This document shows, piece by piece, positions 40,630 to 56,922 of a stretch of 64,000 nucleotides of DNA. Below the pieces are notes generated by a model. That model ran no database searches, was not told where the DNA came from, and saw nothing but the letters and a program-made list of their open reading frames with translations. A program made the translations under genes and the position numbers. Source of the stretch: Salpingoeca rosetta (lineage: Eukaryota; Protista; Choanoflagellata); contig JAWQFM010000026.1 in NCBI GenBank assembly GCA_033442325.1, positions 467,398-531,397 of the forward strand, read 5' to 3'. The stretch's first letter is position 1; every line of letters starts with the position of its first letter.

Positions 40630-41614
40630 GGCGGCAGGAGCGGGCGTCGGAAACTGTGTGGTTGCCACGTGTGCGCGCACCGCAGGAACTGTGAGGTACA
40701 CAGTCGGTGCACGCCACCAACAACAACGAAGCAGAAGAAGAAGAAGAAGAAGAAGAAGAAGAAGAAGAAGATGTGTGTATGTGAGTGTGTTTGACACTGG
40801 TGAACAACGTGACACACGGTTGGTTGAGTGAACACGCCTAATTTGTTGGCAAACAAAGTGTTTGAGAAGCGAGCCAGCAAGCAAGCAAGCCGAAAAGCTA
40901 GTAAGCAGCAAGCAAGCAAGCTAGCAAGCAAGCAAGCAGCAAACAAGGCGTGTATTGGATGGAAGGAGGAACCCAAACAACCACCAAACGACGCACACCA
41001 CCAACCAACCAACAACGCACTCACATACGGTTTCAGCGAGCGGCTTCCAAACTGTCCTGCTTGGGAAAAATTGACTTTTTGTCCAAAGGCAAAATTGCCT
41101 TGTTGTTGATATATGTGTGTGTGTGTGTGTGTGTGTGTTTATTGGGGAAAACTCGCTGAAATCTTACACTGCTCCCAGCGCTCAAAGATGGGGAAGGCAA
41201 TTGCGGCAAAACAAAGGGCAGCGGTGCGTATGGGCGAATGTGTGTGAGAGCACGCGCCTCATAGACAGAAAGAAAAGTGAATCAATAGATAGATAGAAAC
41301 CAAGTGCCTCGGTGCGAGGCTCATGTGTAGTGCTGCGACTGTCGCTTAGACAGTTGCAGGGGGCTCTGTTGCGGCCGGGCCACCGGGGCTTCGTGAGGTC
41401 ACTGGGGCGCTGCGTGGCTGTCCCTCATCGTTGTCGGTGGTGGCGGTGGCAGCGGCGGTGGCAGCAGTGCCGTTGTTGCTGTCATTGCTGCGCTGGCCGC
41501 TGTGGCCGGGGGGTGTGGTCTGCGGATGCTTGCGCTTGCGGGTGCGCTTGCCCTGTTGGTGGTTGCGCTGGGCTTGAGCGCGCGCTCGTTGTACCGTCTG
41601 GGTGCTCTGGCGGG

Positions 41615-41758
<144 letters not shown>

Positions 41759-42202
41759 CTGACACACGCAACGCTGATTTCTATTGACGGAAGAACAGAA
41801 CAGAAAAGGGACAGAACCAAAAAGAGCAAACGGGAAGGCAAGGTGAAGTTAGGAGCAGGGCAGGCACATTGGCTGCGTAACGAGCGAACGGCGTGGGAGA
41901 GTGTGCGTAAAAGAACAAGGTGGGAGCATAACAGTGCTGAGTGATGACCGAGGACGGAAGGAGGAAAGTGAACACACCAAGGGGTGGTGTAATGTAACAA
42001 AGAAAGAAAGAATCATGGCAATGCAAGCTATCAAAGTGATGTGAAATGATGAGAACAAAACAGGACTGAAACTCTGAAACTGGCTAGGGGCCGCGGAAAA
42101 GGTTGGCTGGAGAAAGGGAGACTGGATGGCAAATGGCCTCCACTGAGCTGTTCAGCCAGTGCCACACAAATGCATGCACGCACGCACACAAGCGTACGCA
42201 AT

Positions 42203-42234
<32 letters not shown>

Positions 42235-42262
42235 CAAACACGGCGCACACATGCACTAGGAC

Positions 42263-43126
42263 TCAGGCCTCAAACACAAGAACGGCCCGCACAAGAACGC
42301 ACGAAGGGTCTGTCACCACAATCTCCGCAGCTGGAACATTATCGCCCTGGGTCCACTGCGAATGCGTCTCAAACGGTAATGCAGCTTTGACTTTGCCGCT
42401 GGTGAAGTCAACCACTGCCACGTGCGCGTCGTGCCCAGCAACAAGCGGGAGGCCAATAAATGACCGCCATCGCGGCGTCGGCAACTGTTGCACGGGGATC
42501 GCCTGCAGCATTGGATGCACACTGGTTTGTTTCACAGGATACGGGTTGCCGTACATGACATCGCACGCCAGCACAATGCGGTACGATTTGCCGGGCTCAA
42601 GGTTGAGGCAGTGCAGGTCAGGCGGGACGTTGTCGTGGTCTGCGCTCACCGTGCACGGTTGAGCGTACGCACACGCGTAGTCGAGATCTGGTGTAAAGTA
42701 GAAGCCAGCACCGTACCACCCTTTGTCCGTCTTCTGCAGTTGTGCAAAGTCGCCACCCAGGATGCCAAGGACGGCGTCAAATGACCCAACGCCGTGGAAC
42801 ACGCGCTGGATGCGCAGTGGCGGGTCCTTTGGCAGCAGGGATGGATCGAGCATGCTGTACACGCCAACGCGGGTGACACGCTCCAGCACCGCCCGCTCCT
42901 CAGCAACTGTGGCTTGGCCCGTCGTGGTGTCGTGGTCGTATTTGGGCGCAAACGGGTGGCTGGCGCTGGTGAGGTGGCCGCGGTAGCGGGTGGTGTTGCG
43001 GTGCAGGGCGCCGTTGAAGGCGACGAGCTTCTGATCGCACCACGTGATGGCGACGCGGCACAATGTGCGGCCAAACGGTTCGCGCGGATTCTGCTCGGCG
43101 GTCCGGCCACCAGCGGCATGGACAAG
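42263..43126 (-). CDS. PARP-like ADP-ribosyltransferase catalytic-domain exon (3' part of the LRR-kinase gene)
   Basis: RVFHGVGS..AVLGILGGDF..TDKGWYGAGFYFTPDLDYACAY..IVLACDVMYGNPYPV..GHDAHVAVV..AAEIVV: H-Y-E-like arrangement of the PARP/ARTD fold. CAG acceptor at 43127-43129. Confidence 0.8.
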   Translation of the reverse strand, partial: LVHAAGGRTAEQNPREPFGRTLCRVAITWCDQKLVAFNGALHRNTTRYRGHLTSASHPFAPKYDHDTTTGQATVAEERAVLERVTRVGVYSMLDPSLLPKDPPLRIQRVFHGVGSFDAVLGILGGDFAQLQKTDKGWYGAGFYFTPDLDYACAYAQPCTVSADHDNVPPDLHCLNLEPGKSYRIVLACDVMYGNPYPVKQTSVHPMLQAIPVQQLPTPRWRSFIGLPLVAGHDAHVAVVDFTSGKVKAALPFETHSQWTQGDNVPAAEIVVTDPSCVLVRAVLVFEA

Positions 43127-43165
43127 CTGCAGGGTGGACGAGAGAGAGAGAGCGAGCGAGCGAGA

Positions 43166-43214
<49 letters not shown>

Positions 43215-43217
<3 letters not shown>

Positions 43218-43573
43218 CACTCGACAGTCGGACCAGCCGCACAACTCGACTTTCAACGTGACGCGGTTAGAATAAATCGATCTGTTGACCTCGCTAAGAA
43301 AAATCAAACGAAAAGTTATCCGGTACAAAAAAAAACAAGCGGGGGACGCCTGTCGTTGTTGTTGTTATTGCGATATTGCATATGCCGATCTCCTTAGTAG
43401 CCAGAACTGGACGTATAGATTTAAGTCCTCTAGTGGTTCGCCTTATTACTTCGTCCTGGGTCGCACTTACCGGCCTAATGTTTGGATCTCTGGGAGTTCT
43501 ATCTATGATCGTACCTGAACCATTGTCCTGATCGGCCAGAGATGGACAAGCCGAAAACCTACGCTCTACCCTC
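43215..43573. mobile_element. 359-bp foreign-composition insertion in intronic (GA)n, flanked by exact 72-bp direct repeat
   Basis: 43143-43214 = 43574-43645, including the interruptions CGAGCGAGCG and GGG and the same 44-nt (AG)22 tail. No TIR, no terminal polyA. Confidence 0.65.
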
Positions 43574-43596
43574 AGAGAGAGAGCGAGCGAGCGAGA

Positions 43597-43647
<51 letters not shown>

Positions 43648-43692
43648 TATGTTGGATGCGTGCGTGCGTGTATGCGTGTGTGTGTGCGTTTA

Positions 43693-43723
<31 letters not shown>

Positions 43724-43815
43724 TCACATTGGATGCGAAAGTGAGAAATCTACGAAGAGCACAATGCTGGCAACAAGCTGAGGTGAAATCGTTGGGTGCA
43801 TGGGGAAGAACCAAG

Positions 43816-43861
<46 letters not shown>

Positions 43862-43878
43862 CAGTGACGGCGTCCTCG

Positions 43879-45114
43879 TCAAGTTGAAGTGGTGCAATGT
43901 GGACGCGTTGCGTCCACCGCAGCCAGCAGCTGCTGTGGAAACTTCCACACCGCATCTGGTGGTCCGTGCAGCAGCATGTGCTGTTCCCGCAAATCGTCCG
44001 CCTCCTGATCACGAGCTGCCCTTTGTTGCGACTTGAGGGCGGCGTGCAGTTGAGAAAAGTCCACCCGGTTGCCGCTCGCATCAAAACACACACAAAGCAG
44101 CGCCTGAAGCGCAGACGTCAATCGCCGTCCATTGATCTCTGCATCAAGCGGCAGGTACTCGAGGTTGCTGTACCTGATGCCAAGACTTGCTTGAGTGATG
44201 CCACCCCTGCTGTACGGCCCGTGGTGCCAAGGAACGACGCCAAACCACACCTCCCACACCACGCAGCCAAAGGAGAACACGTCCGTGTCTGCACGAATGT
44301 CGTGTCCAAAAAGCTGCTCGGGCGATTCCCAGAACCGCGTGCCGCGAACATGTGTCATCGTAGATGCGTCCTCTGAGACGAACGCGCTCAGGCCAAAATC
44401 CGTCACCTTGGCAGAGAGGGATGCGTCCAGCAGCACGTTGGGCGACTTGAGGTCGCGGTGAACGACGTTGTGTGCATGCAGGAACTCCATGGCAGCCGCC
44501 ACCTCGCTCAAGATGCGCAGCTTGTCAACATCACTCAGGTTCTTCTTGTGCACGTGTGTGTAGTCGTACAGAGACCCGTTCTCCGCCCAGCTCAGCACGA
44601 AGGAGAGCGTGTTGTGGTCGTTGTCGTAACAGAGGCCGAGGAAAGGCACGATGTTCGGATGGCGGAGCGACGCAAGGACGGCCACTTCTCGCAACACACG
44701 CTTGCTGTCACCATCACTTGTTGTCGTGCTGTACATCTCAGTCAGCAATTGCTGCAGTCGTGGTCGCTCTTCAACATCGTCCACTTCCTTCAGCGCCACA
44801 TCGTGCCCAGCAAGCGTGCTGCGGTACAGCTTGCCGAACGCACCCTTGACGGGGTTGCCCTTGTTGTCTCTGACGCGTTTCTTCGTCGTGAAGCGGGCTG
44901 GGTCCAGGTTGAGGTTGAAGAAGGACTCTGCATCATTATTGGAAGGAGAAAGTGCGAGAGAAATGGTGAGAGCCAAAATGATGAGAGCGCACGGACGTTC
45001 GTACTTGATGATGAGAGCGCACCGACGTTCGTACTTGTTGTGGGGAGCACGCACACAAACAGGCACACACACGCGCGCGCGCGCACACACACACACACAC
45101 ACGCGCACGCACAT

Positions 45115-45152
<38 letters not shown>

Positions 45153-46949
45153 GCACGTGCACGCACCTGCTTGGTCTTCCAGTTGACGCAGCCGTTCCTC
45201 TGCAGATGTGCAAAATTGAGAGTGGTGAATGGGGCTGAAGATGAGACGAGGAAGGCGAAGAAAGGCAATGTAAGGGTGCTCTTGCATTGGTCGAGAGATC
45301 AAGGTAGAAGGAGTGCAATCAGCATTCAAGATGATCCCGGCACGACCACAGGAGAGACCATGCGTTAGCCCACCTTTGCGCTGCAGCTGTTGATCCTTCT
45401 CCTGGATGATGCGCTGAAGGCGCTCGATTTCCTCACCTGAAATCAACAAACGCAAACAACATTCAGGCGCTCGTGTGAACACATGATCACGAGAGTACCC
45501 GGGATAATCTGGGAGACAGAGGCACGGGCATGGTGTTTGGCTGGCAATGTCAACTCATGATGTGACGGACTGTCCACCAGTCCACCTTTTCGTTGCAGCT
45601 GTTGGTCCTCCTCCTGCATGTCGCGTTGAAGGCGCTCAATTTCCTCACGTGAAACTAAACATACATCACACAGATACGCAGGCACATGACGATGCATTCA
45701 CAGAGATGAATTGTGAGCCATTGATTCTGGCACTTTGGGCTTAGTGTACAACCAATAAAAAACACACACCAACAAACACGACAAAACGTCATGCGCAGTC
45801 AACAGGCACGACAAAACGACTTCATTGGCGGACATGCTTGCATGCATAATTCAGAAAGCCGTACGCGGACGGGGAACGGCGGTGTCGTTTCCATTTTGTG
45901 CCTGCTGTCATGCATGGGTGAAGTAGATAAGGGGGGGGGGGACGATATGTGACAAAGACAACGAAGATGAGGGCACGAGTGGAGGGGGGGGGGGTAGCTG
46001 AAACAAGACGGGCTGATGATGATGATGTTTGTGTACACTGTGCATTGTGGTTTTACCTGCACTTTGTCTTGGTCTTGCACGCGCTGCCCTTCGTCAAACG
46101 CCCGCCGTTCAGAATTAGTTCTGGAGGCAGTAAGCAGAGATAAATGACACGTCGCAGCATGAGGTGGGCATTTGCGTCGTTGGATGGTCGACGGACAAGG
46201 CACAACACCAGTAGGGGCCATACTGGCTCAAGGGGACGTACAGAATTAGGCAGTAGTTGCTTTCCATCGGCCACTTTACTCCGAACGCGCGGGCGGCATC
46301 CTTGCCAATTCCTTCGAGCCTGAAGGAGAGAAGAAACAGTTGATGTGAGGACGACAGCAGCTGTGCCATTCACACATGTCAAAGCCGAAGCGAGGGAGCA
46401 AAACCTCCAAGGATCACAGTGCAAGAGCACAAAAATTGCAGCACAAGCGCGAGTGCGATTCGGGACAATACAAGACAGACCAACCAAAGAGTTTGCAGCC
46501 ATGTATGCTCGCACAGTGCGCCAGCCAATGCAACACAGCCTTCCTTCTCAATCGAGTTGTTGCCCAAGCTGCAATCAAAGTCAAAGCACAACACACACGC
46601 GCACGCGCGCACACACAAACACAATCGCAGCACCAAACAGCACATGGCAAGGTCAACTCATTGCACAACTCATGCAACAGCACGCTGTCAGCATCAACAC
46701 TCACAAACCAACAAATGCACCTACTAAAGCGTTTGCAGTCCAGTGTGTCCGCGCAGTGCACCAGCCAACGCAACACAGCCTTCCTTCCCAATCGAGTTGC
46801 CGTCCAAGCTGCAATCACAAACAACCAGCGCCCACACAAAACATCATTGTTGTGCATCGCAAGCAGGCGATACAAATCACTCAGACAACGCAGCAGAGCA
46901 ACCACTCGATTACACTCAAGAAGTCAGTGAGAGTGCGCCGAACACCCCT

Positions 46950-47040
<91 letters not shown>

Positions 47041-47377
47041 GGCGCGGAGCGACTCACTACAACACCCGAATGTCATTGTTGGGTCTGATGTTCAGTGCAA
47101 TTGCCAGCGCCTTGGTACCTTTGTCCTGGAGCCCTGCAGCATTCAAACTGAAACCCGTAAGGTAACAGCGGGCCTGTGAGGAGAGCGTTTCTGAAAGCAA
47201 AACAACAAGCAAGCCGCAGCACCAAACAGAGAAACACAGCCCTCACATTGCATTATGCTAAGGGGTTCTGACTGACTTGACATTAGTGGTCGACATGCCG
47301 TTGGCAACAGCTCGAATCGTGTCCTTCACACTATCTGTCAACCCCGCCTCTGCCATCCACGCCTCCATCTCGTCCAT
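43879..47377 (-). CDS. LRR (RI-like) - coiled coil - TKL-type protein kinase, multi-exon
   Basis: Exons join in frame: [13 protein letters not shown]..; 84-bp LRR exons [18 protein letters not shown] / [18 protein letters not shown]; duplicated EEIERLQR coiled-coil exons; kinase exon 44927-43879 with [48 protein letters not shown]. Confidence 0.9.
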
Positions 47378-48665
47378 CTTGGTGCTTTGCTGGTCTCGCT
47401 GTCTCGGTGTCCTTCCTCAGCACTTCACGCCATACACTGACACTCTCTGACACTGATCACCCTCGCGATCGTTAAAGCGTTAAACCTTCCCTCTCGCTTC
47501 GATCGGGCCTTCCAGCCCTGCGTGCTTTTGCGTGGGCGCTGTCACACACAAGCCAGTATGCGCTCTGCGAATAGCCAGCCAGCCAGAGAACAACTCAAAC
47601 AACACCTCCACCCCACAGCACTCGCTCAGGTGCTGCTGTTGCGCTGGTTGCGGACAGTTTGGTCTGCCAGTGTTGTTGTTGTGTGCTGTCCTTGGAGGTC
47701 ACCGAAAATCATTCATATCTTCAACCAATGATCCCACCCCAACAGAAGTTGTCTTCCCAGCCAGCCACACACATGTTTGTACATATTTCTTTTCTTTCAC
47801 TCGACTTGACATGAAGTGACAGACACCTCAGAGCAGCTCCTCAGACAGACATTCATACTTTCATACGCATATACATACATACGCATACATGCACACATTG
47901 ACACACGTCAGCTATGCGTTGTTACTGCCTTCCCCTTCCTCTTCCCCTTGTGTAGCTGAGGATCCTTGCTTCCGCTTGGCCTTATGTTTTCTGCTCCTGC
48001 TGGTGGTGCGCTTGCTGCTCTGCTTCTCGTCACGTTGTTGTTGCGCGTGATGTTCTTGCTCGGCTGCCTGTGCGCGCCCCTTCTTTGCCCGTTCGGATGA
48101 CCTTATAAAGTCAGCAAACCTGAGGGTAGGGGGGAGGGGGCAGAGGGTGAGAGAAGGAGGTCAGGCAAGGCTTTGCAGTAAGGCAGTAGGGCGGGTGTGT
48201 CTGGACGGACGGCCCTCAAGCAGTAAAGCGTCGTTCCTCACTGCTTTCTACAGCCACTTCCCACTTGCATGGTTTGTCTCTTCATACGCGCCGAACAAAC
48301 AGAAAAGAGAGAAAGAGGAGGCACGCTGGGTGAACAAAACACGTCAAAGTACTCAAGTACACAAGCAGCACAGGGTTACAGAGAGCCGACAAAGCAATTA
48401 CCGTGGATACAGCACATCTTCAAAAAAGGGAAACCGGGCACAGAACACGAAAGAGAGAATGGTACAGTGCATAACAGAGCACCTGGAGGAGGAGGTGTGT
48501 GTGTGTGTGTATGTAAGATGCCAGGATGCATTTGACTGGCAGCAGGTCAGCGCTGGCCAGAGCTCCCAAAGAAAAACATGTCACACAGGGATGGGAGTTG
48601 AATGGCAGAGGATGGTTACAAGGCACTGGACGTGGTGGTGTGTGGCTCCAACAGCTCTTCGCTGC

Positions 48666-51600
48666 TCACGCCTCAGCTCCCTTTCCTCCCAGCAGCTCCA
48701 GTTGAATGGCTATGTGTGGGCGAGTGAGTGAGTGGGTGAGTGAGTGAGTGAGTGAGTGGGTGGGTGAGTGAGTGAGTGAGTGAGTGAGTGCGTGAGTGAG
48801 TGAGTGAGTGAGTGAGTGAGTGAGTGAGTGAGTGAGTGAGTGAGTGAGTGAGTGAGTGAGTGAGTGAGTGAGTGAGTGAGTGAGTGAGTGAGTGCGTGAA
48901 CGGTGTGAGAAGTGGGCCCGCAGGTGGGTAGCAAGCGCAGGAAGACACTAGCAACACGGCACACCTAAGGCGAAGGCATGGCTATGCCCAACCGAAGTGG
49001 GCGTGTATGTGGGCGCTTGAGTTGTCACACACCTTTGATGATGTCTGCCTTGAACGCTGCAAACTGCTGCTGAATCTCTGCTCGCACTTCTTCCTTAAAC
49101 CGTTCAAGATCAGCCCTGGCGTGTGTGTGCGTGAGTCGGTGAGAGAGTGTGGGTATGTGGGTGAGTGTGTGCGTGTGCGAGCGAGTGAGTGAGAGAGCGG
49201 GATGAGACAGCGAAGCATGCGATGGGTGCATTGAAGCCAGTTATGTCCCTTTCCACACACATACCGCGTGATTGGAGCGGCTGGATCGGCGCGTGCGCCC
49301 TCTGCGCCACCGCTGCCGCGTCCTTTCCTGGCTCGGGTGCAGCCTTCTCCTCCTGACACCACATGTACACGTTCATACGTATGTGTGTGTGTGTGTGTGT
49401 GTGTGAGTGTGCATTTGCAGGTGTACTTGAATGAAGGGCCTAACAAGAGTGCGACACAAGACCCACACGCCCGTATCTCAGCCCACCCTGCACACCTGCT
49501 GTGGCTTTGGACGGGCAGCCGGGGCTGGCACGGCCTTCCTTGCTGTTGGCGGTGGCTTTGCCTTGGGCTTTGGTGCTGGGGCTGCCGGTGTGCTTGTGGC
49601 CGATGTGGTGGATGTGGTGGATGCGGACGTGGGGAGGTTTGGCTTTGACGCGGGCGTTGGGGACGATGATGCGCCCTGTGCCACGCTCGTTCGCTTCTGG
49701 TGGCGTGGTTATGTATGCGTGTGTATGTGCGCGCGCGCGCGCGCGTGTGTGTGTGTTTCTGAGGGTAAGGTGATCGTGGCGAGTGTGGGTGGAACAGGAG
49801 GGGGGGGGGGGGTGTTTTGAAAGCAGCATCCACAGCAGGAACAAGGGCAAATGCAAAGATGCAACATGGTTATGACAACACAAGCTGCTTATGAAAGCCA
49901 TCGCACATTTTGCCGCGCCTTGAGTGCACCAAGCAGCTCCTACAACACAATGCGTGCATGTGCGCGCGTGTGTATGCGCGTGCGCGTGAGCGTGGTGAGG
50001 GGAAGTCATGTGGCGATTGTGCGTGCATGGCGGCACAGTGCAGGTGGCACGGCCACATCACGGCCAAATCACCAGACGGCATCGTCATTCCCCCTCAACA
50101 CCCACGCTGCCGCAGGCCCATGCGCCACCGCACCACTCACATTGTTCATATCCATTGGGCGAGAGTTGTTGCTGTTGTTGGTGGCGGTAGTGTTGTTGCT
50201 GCTGCTGGTGCTGCTGTTGGTGGCCGCGGTGTCGTTGCTGCTTGGCCCGTTTGTGTTTGTCTGCAAATTGCACTTGACACGTGAGCGAACTGCCACCGCC
50301 TTTTCCTGATAACGCAAATCAATCCGCAACACACGCACACGCACACGACACGGACACGCACAGACACATTCATAGACACCAAGATACACAAACACACCCA
50401 CAACCTACACACACACCCCCACAACCCACACACCCACTCACACACCCACTGACACACACACACACACACACGCACACCCACCCCCCACACACCCAAACAC
50501 AACACATCGTGCACTCGGCGGCGCACCTTGAGCTGAACCGTCTTGAGCTGGTCTGCGAGCGACGATGCAGACGGCGCCTTGTGCCCCATCCCGCCCCCGC
50601 CCGTCGTCGGTGGCGGTGGTGGTGCTGGTGGCGGCGTGGGCGCACTCGTGGCCGGCGGCGGGGGCGGCCCTGGTGGGGCCTTGGGTGGCGGCGGAGCTGT
50701 GGTAGGCGGTGGCCCTGATGGGGGCGGGGGTGGGCCTGACGGTGCTGGTTTGGATGGCGGGGGCCCTGCAGGGGGTTTGGAGGGTGGTGGCCCAGCAGGT
50801 GGTGGCCCTGATGGTGGCTTTGCTGCTGGCGGTGCCGCTGGCGGTGCCGCTGGCGGCGCTGTGGTGGGAGGCGGCTTGGCTGGTGGGGGCCCAGAGGGCG
50901 GGGGCTTTGTAGGGGGCGGCTTGGCTGGTGGTGGGCCAGATGGTGGGCCGGATGGTGGCGGGCCAGCGGGGGGCTTGGAGGTTGGTGGTGCTGGTGTTGG
51001 CTGGGATGGCTTGTCGGATGGTGTGGGCGTGGGCGCTTTCGGTGCAGGCACGCGGGGCGCTGGCGGCACTTTGGCTGTTGGAGACGGCGTGCATGTGTGT
51101 GTATGTATGTATGTGTGTGCGTGTGTGTGTTTTGTGTGAGAATGTGCGTGTGTGTGTGTTTGTGTGAGAATGTGCGTGTGTGTGTGTTTGTGTGAGAATG
51201 TGCGTGTGTGTGTTTGTGTGAGAATGTGCGTGTGTGTGTGTGTGTGTGTGGTGTGATGTGAGCGAGGAGTGTCACGGGGAAAGGCCGCATGTGAATGGGA
51301 AGTGGAATGACTGCCAGCGTTTCCACATACACACATACACACCGTCTGGGTTGTTGAGGTGCTTGATGGCAGCCTCCACCTGCAAAGCAAAGCTGTTTGC
51401 ACCGTCCTTTGATGTGAAGTTGAGGCCATACACAACACCGCGCGCATCCCGCCACTGGTGGAACGTCTCTGTTGCGCGGTTGTACGTCGTGTTTCGAAGG
51501 ATGTTGGAGTTGACCACAACCTGCATATGTATGCGTGTATGTGCGTGTGCATAGTGAGCGGCGTGAGCTCGGGCGTGTTGCAAACACATTAACATCATGA

Positions 51601-51823
51601 CATAGATGACATATGCGCGCACCTGTCTCGCCTGTCGCAAACGCAGACACACACGCAGACACACGCGCGCACACACATGCACACACACTCTCTCTCTTTC
51701 CTTTCTCGTAGCCAAGCCCACTTCCCACTCACGCTCTTGTCTTGCAGGTTGCGACCGACGACGCGATATGTGTTGGAATCCTGCAGTGCGAGCACTTGTC
51801 ACATGAGCGCAAACAGCAACACA

Positions 51824-51879
<56 letters not shown>

Positions 51880-51967
51880 CGACATCTCCACTCTTCACAC
51901 CGCCGATCGCAAGCTCAACGCAAATGTCAACGTACAGCAACGAGGGCATATACACACACACACACAC

Positions 51968-52023
<56 letters not shown>

Positions 52024-52329
52024 CGGGTTGTGGTAGAGGGTCACTTTGGATGTGCCGTTGTTTGGGCCTTGGGCGGCCCACTTCTTGCTTTCAGCATTGT
52101 AGACAAGCACGCATGCTTGGCTCGATCCCACGGGTTGTTCCCTGAACGGATGAAGGCGGTGGTGGTGCATGACGTGAGGCATGTCGGCGCGATGACGTGG
52201 GGCAAGGACAGCAGGTGGAAATGATGTTTGCGTGAGTGAATTGGGAGGGGGGGGGCTTGCTTATGAAGCTCTTGTGCGGGTGGAATGATTCATGTGCTTG
52301 CTCATCACGGCACACACACACACACACAC

Positions 52330-52384
<55 letters not shown>

Positions 52385-52542
52385 ACACACACACGCACAC
52401 ACACACACGTCAGACACACGTGTGAACATCATGATTCACCCTTGTCCAGCAACCACAATAAATACATCCTCGAATCCACAAACAAACACAAACAACACAA
52501 ACACAAACACAAGCCACTGCACAGAGCGTGAGCTTACGCCAT
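48666..52542 (-). CDS. Ena/VASP family actin regulator (EVH1, Pro-rich, EVH2 tetramerisation coil)
   Basis: MA|[21 protein letters not shown]; NTYRVVGR; [23 protein letters not shown]; polyproline exon; [11 protein letters not shown]; [26 protein letters not shown]|AIQLEL. Confidence 0.9.
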
Positions 52543-52878
52543 TGTTCTTCCTATTTGCGTGGACACCAAAGGGCAAGCAAATGTCCCCTTTCAAGGTCTG
52601 GTCTGCAAGATCGCCACACTCCCCAGGTGTCACAGCAGCCACAAGGAGGGAGAAAAACGACGACGAGAAGGTGCAGAAGTGCTGAGGTGGTGGGGAGGAC
52701 GATGACAAGCAAGGCAAGGCAAGCAAGGCAAAGTTGAAGACAGCAGCAGTCGTTTTCGGATGACATGACAAATTGTACGCCTTTTATTTGTGGTGTCGTG
52801 AACAGCCGTCATCCGCGGAACATGCGAACTCGCTTGGTCGTGCTTGGTGCTGCTGCTGCTTCTGTTGCTGAGTGAGTG

Positions 52879-56672
<3,794 letters not shown>

Positions 56673-56922
56673 TGCGTTGTACGATCACGTACGCATGGTT
56701 TGAACTGCATTGTTGTAATTTGGTTGAGGGACGCATGGTTTGGAAAGCATGAAACACAAGCTCGCTCGCAACATGGCGGACACGCAATGATAACAAAACA
56801 AACAGACAGACAGACAGCAGCGAAACAAGCGAAACATCACCACAACACATTCCCTTGGTAACAGGCGATGGGGCTCAGGGATGTGTGGTTATTGCAATCC
56901 CCCACTACAGTGCTGCTTCGCC

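Noticed and set aside
43285-43518. 77-aa ORF inside insert 2
   Set aside because: Non-ATG start, no recognisable motif, codon style unlike host genes.
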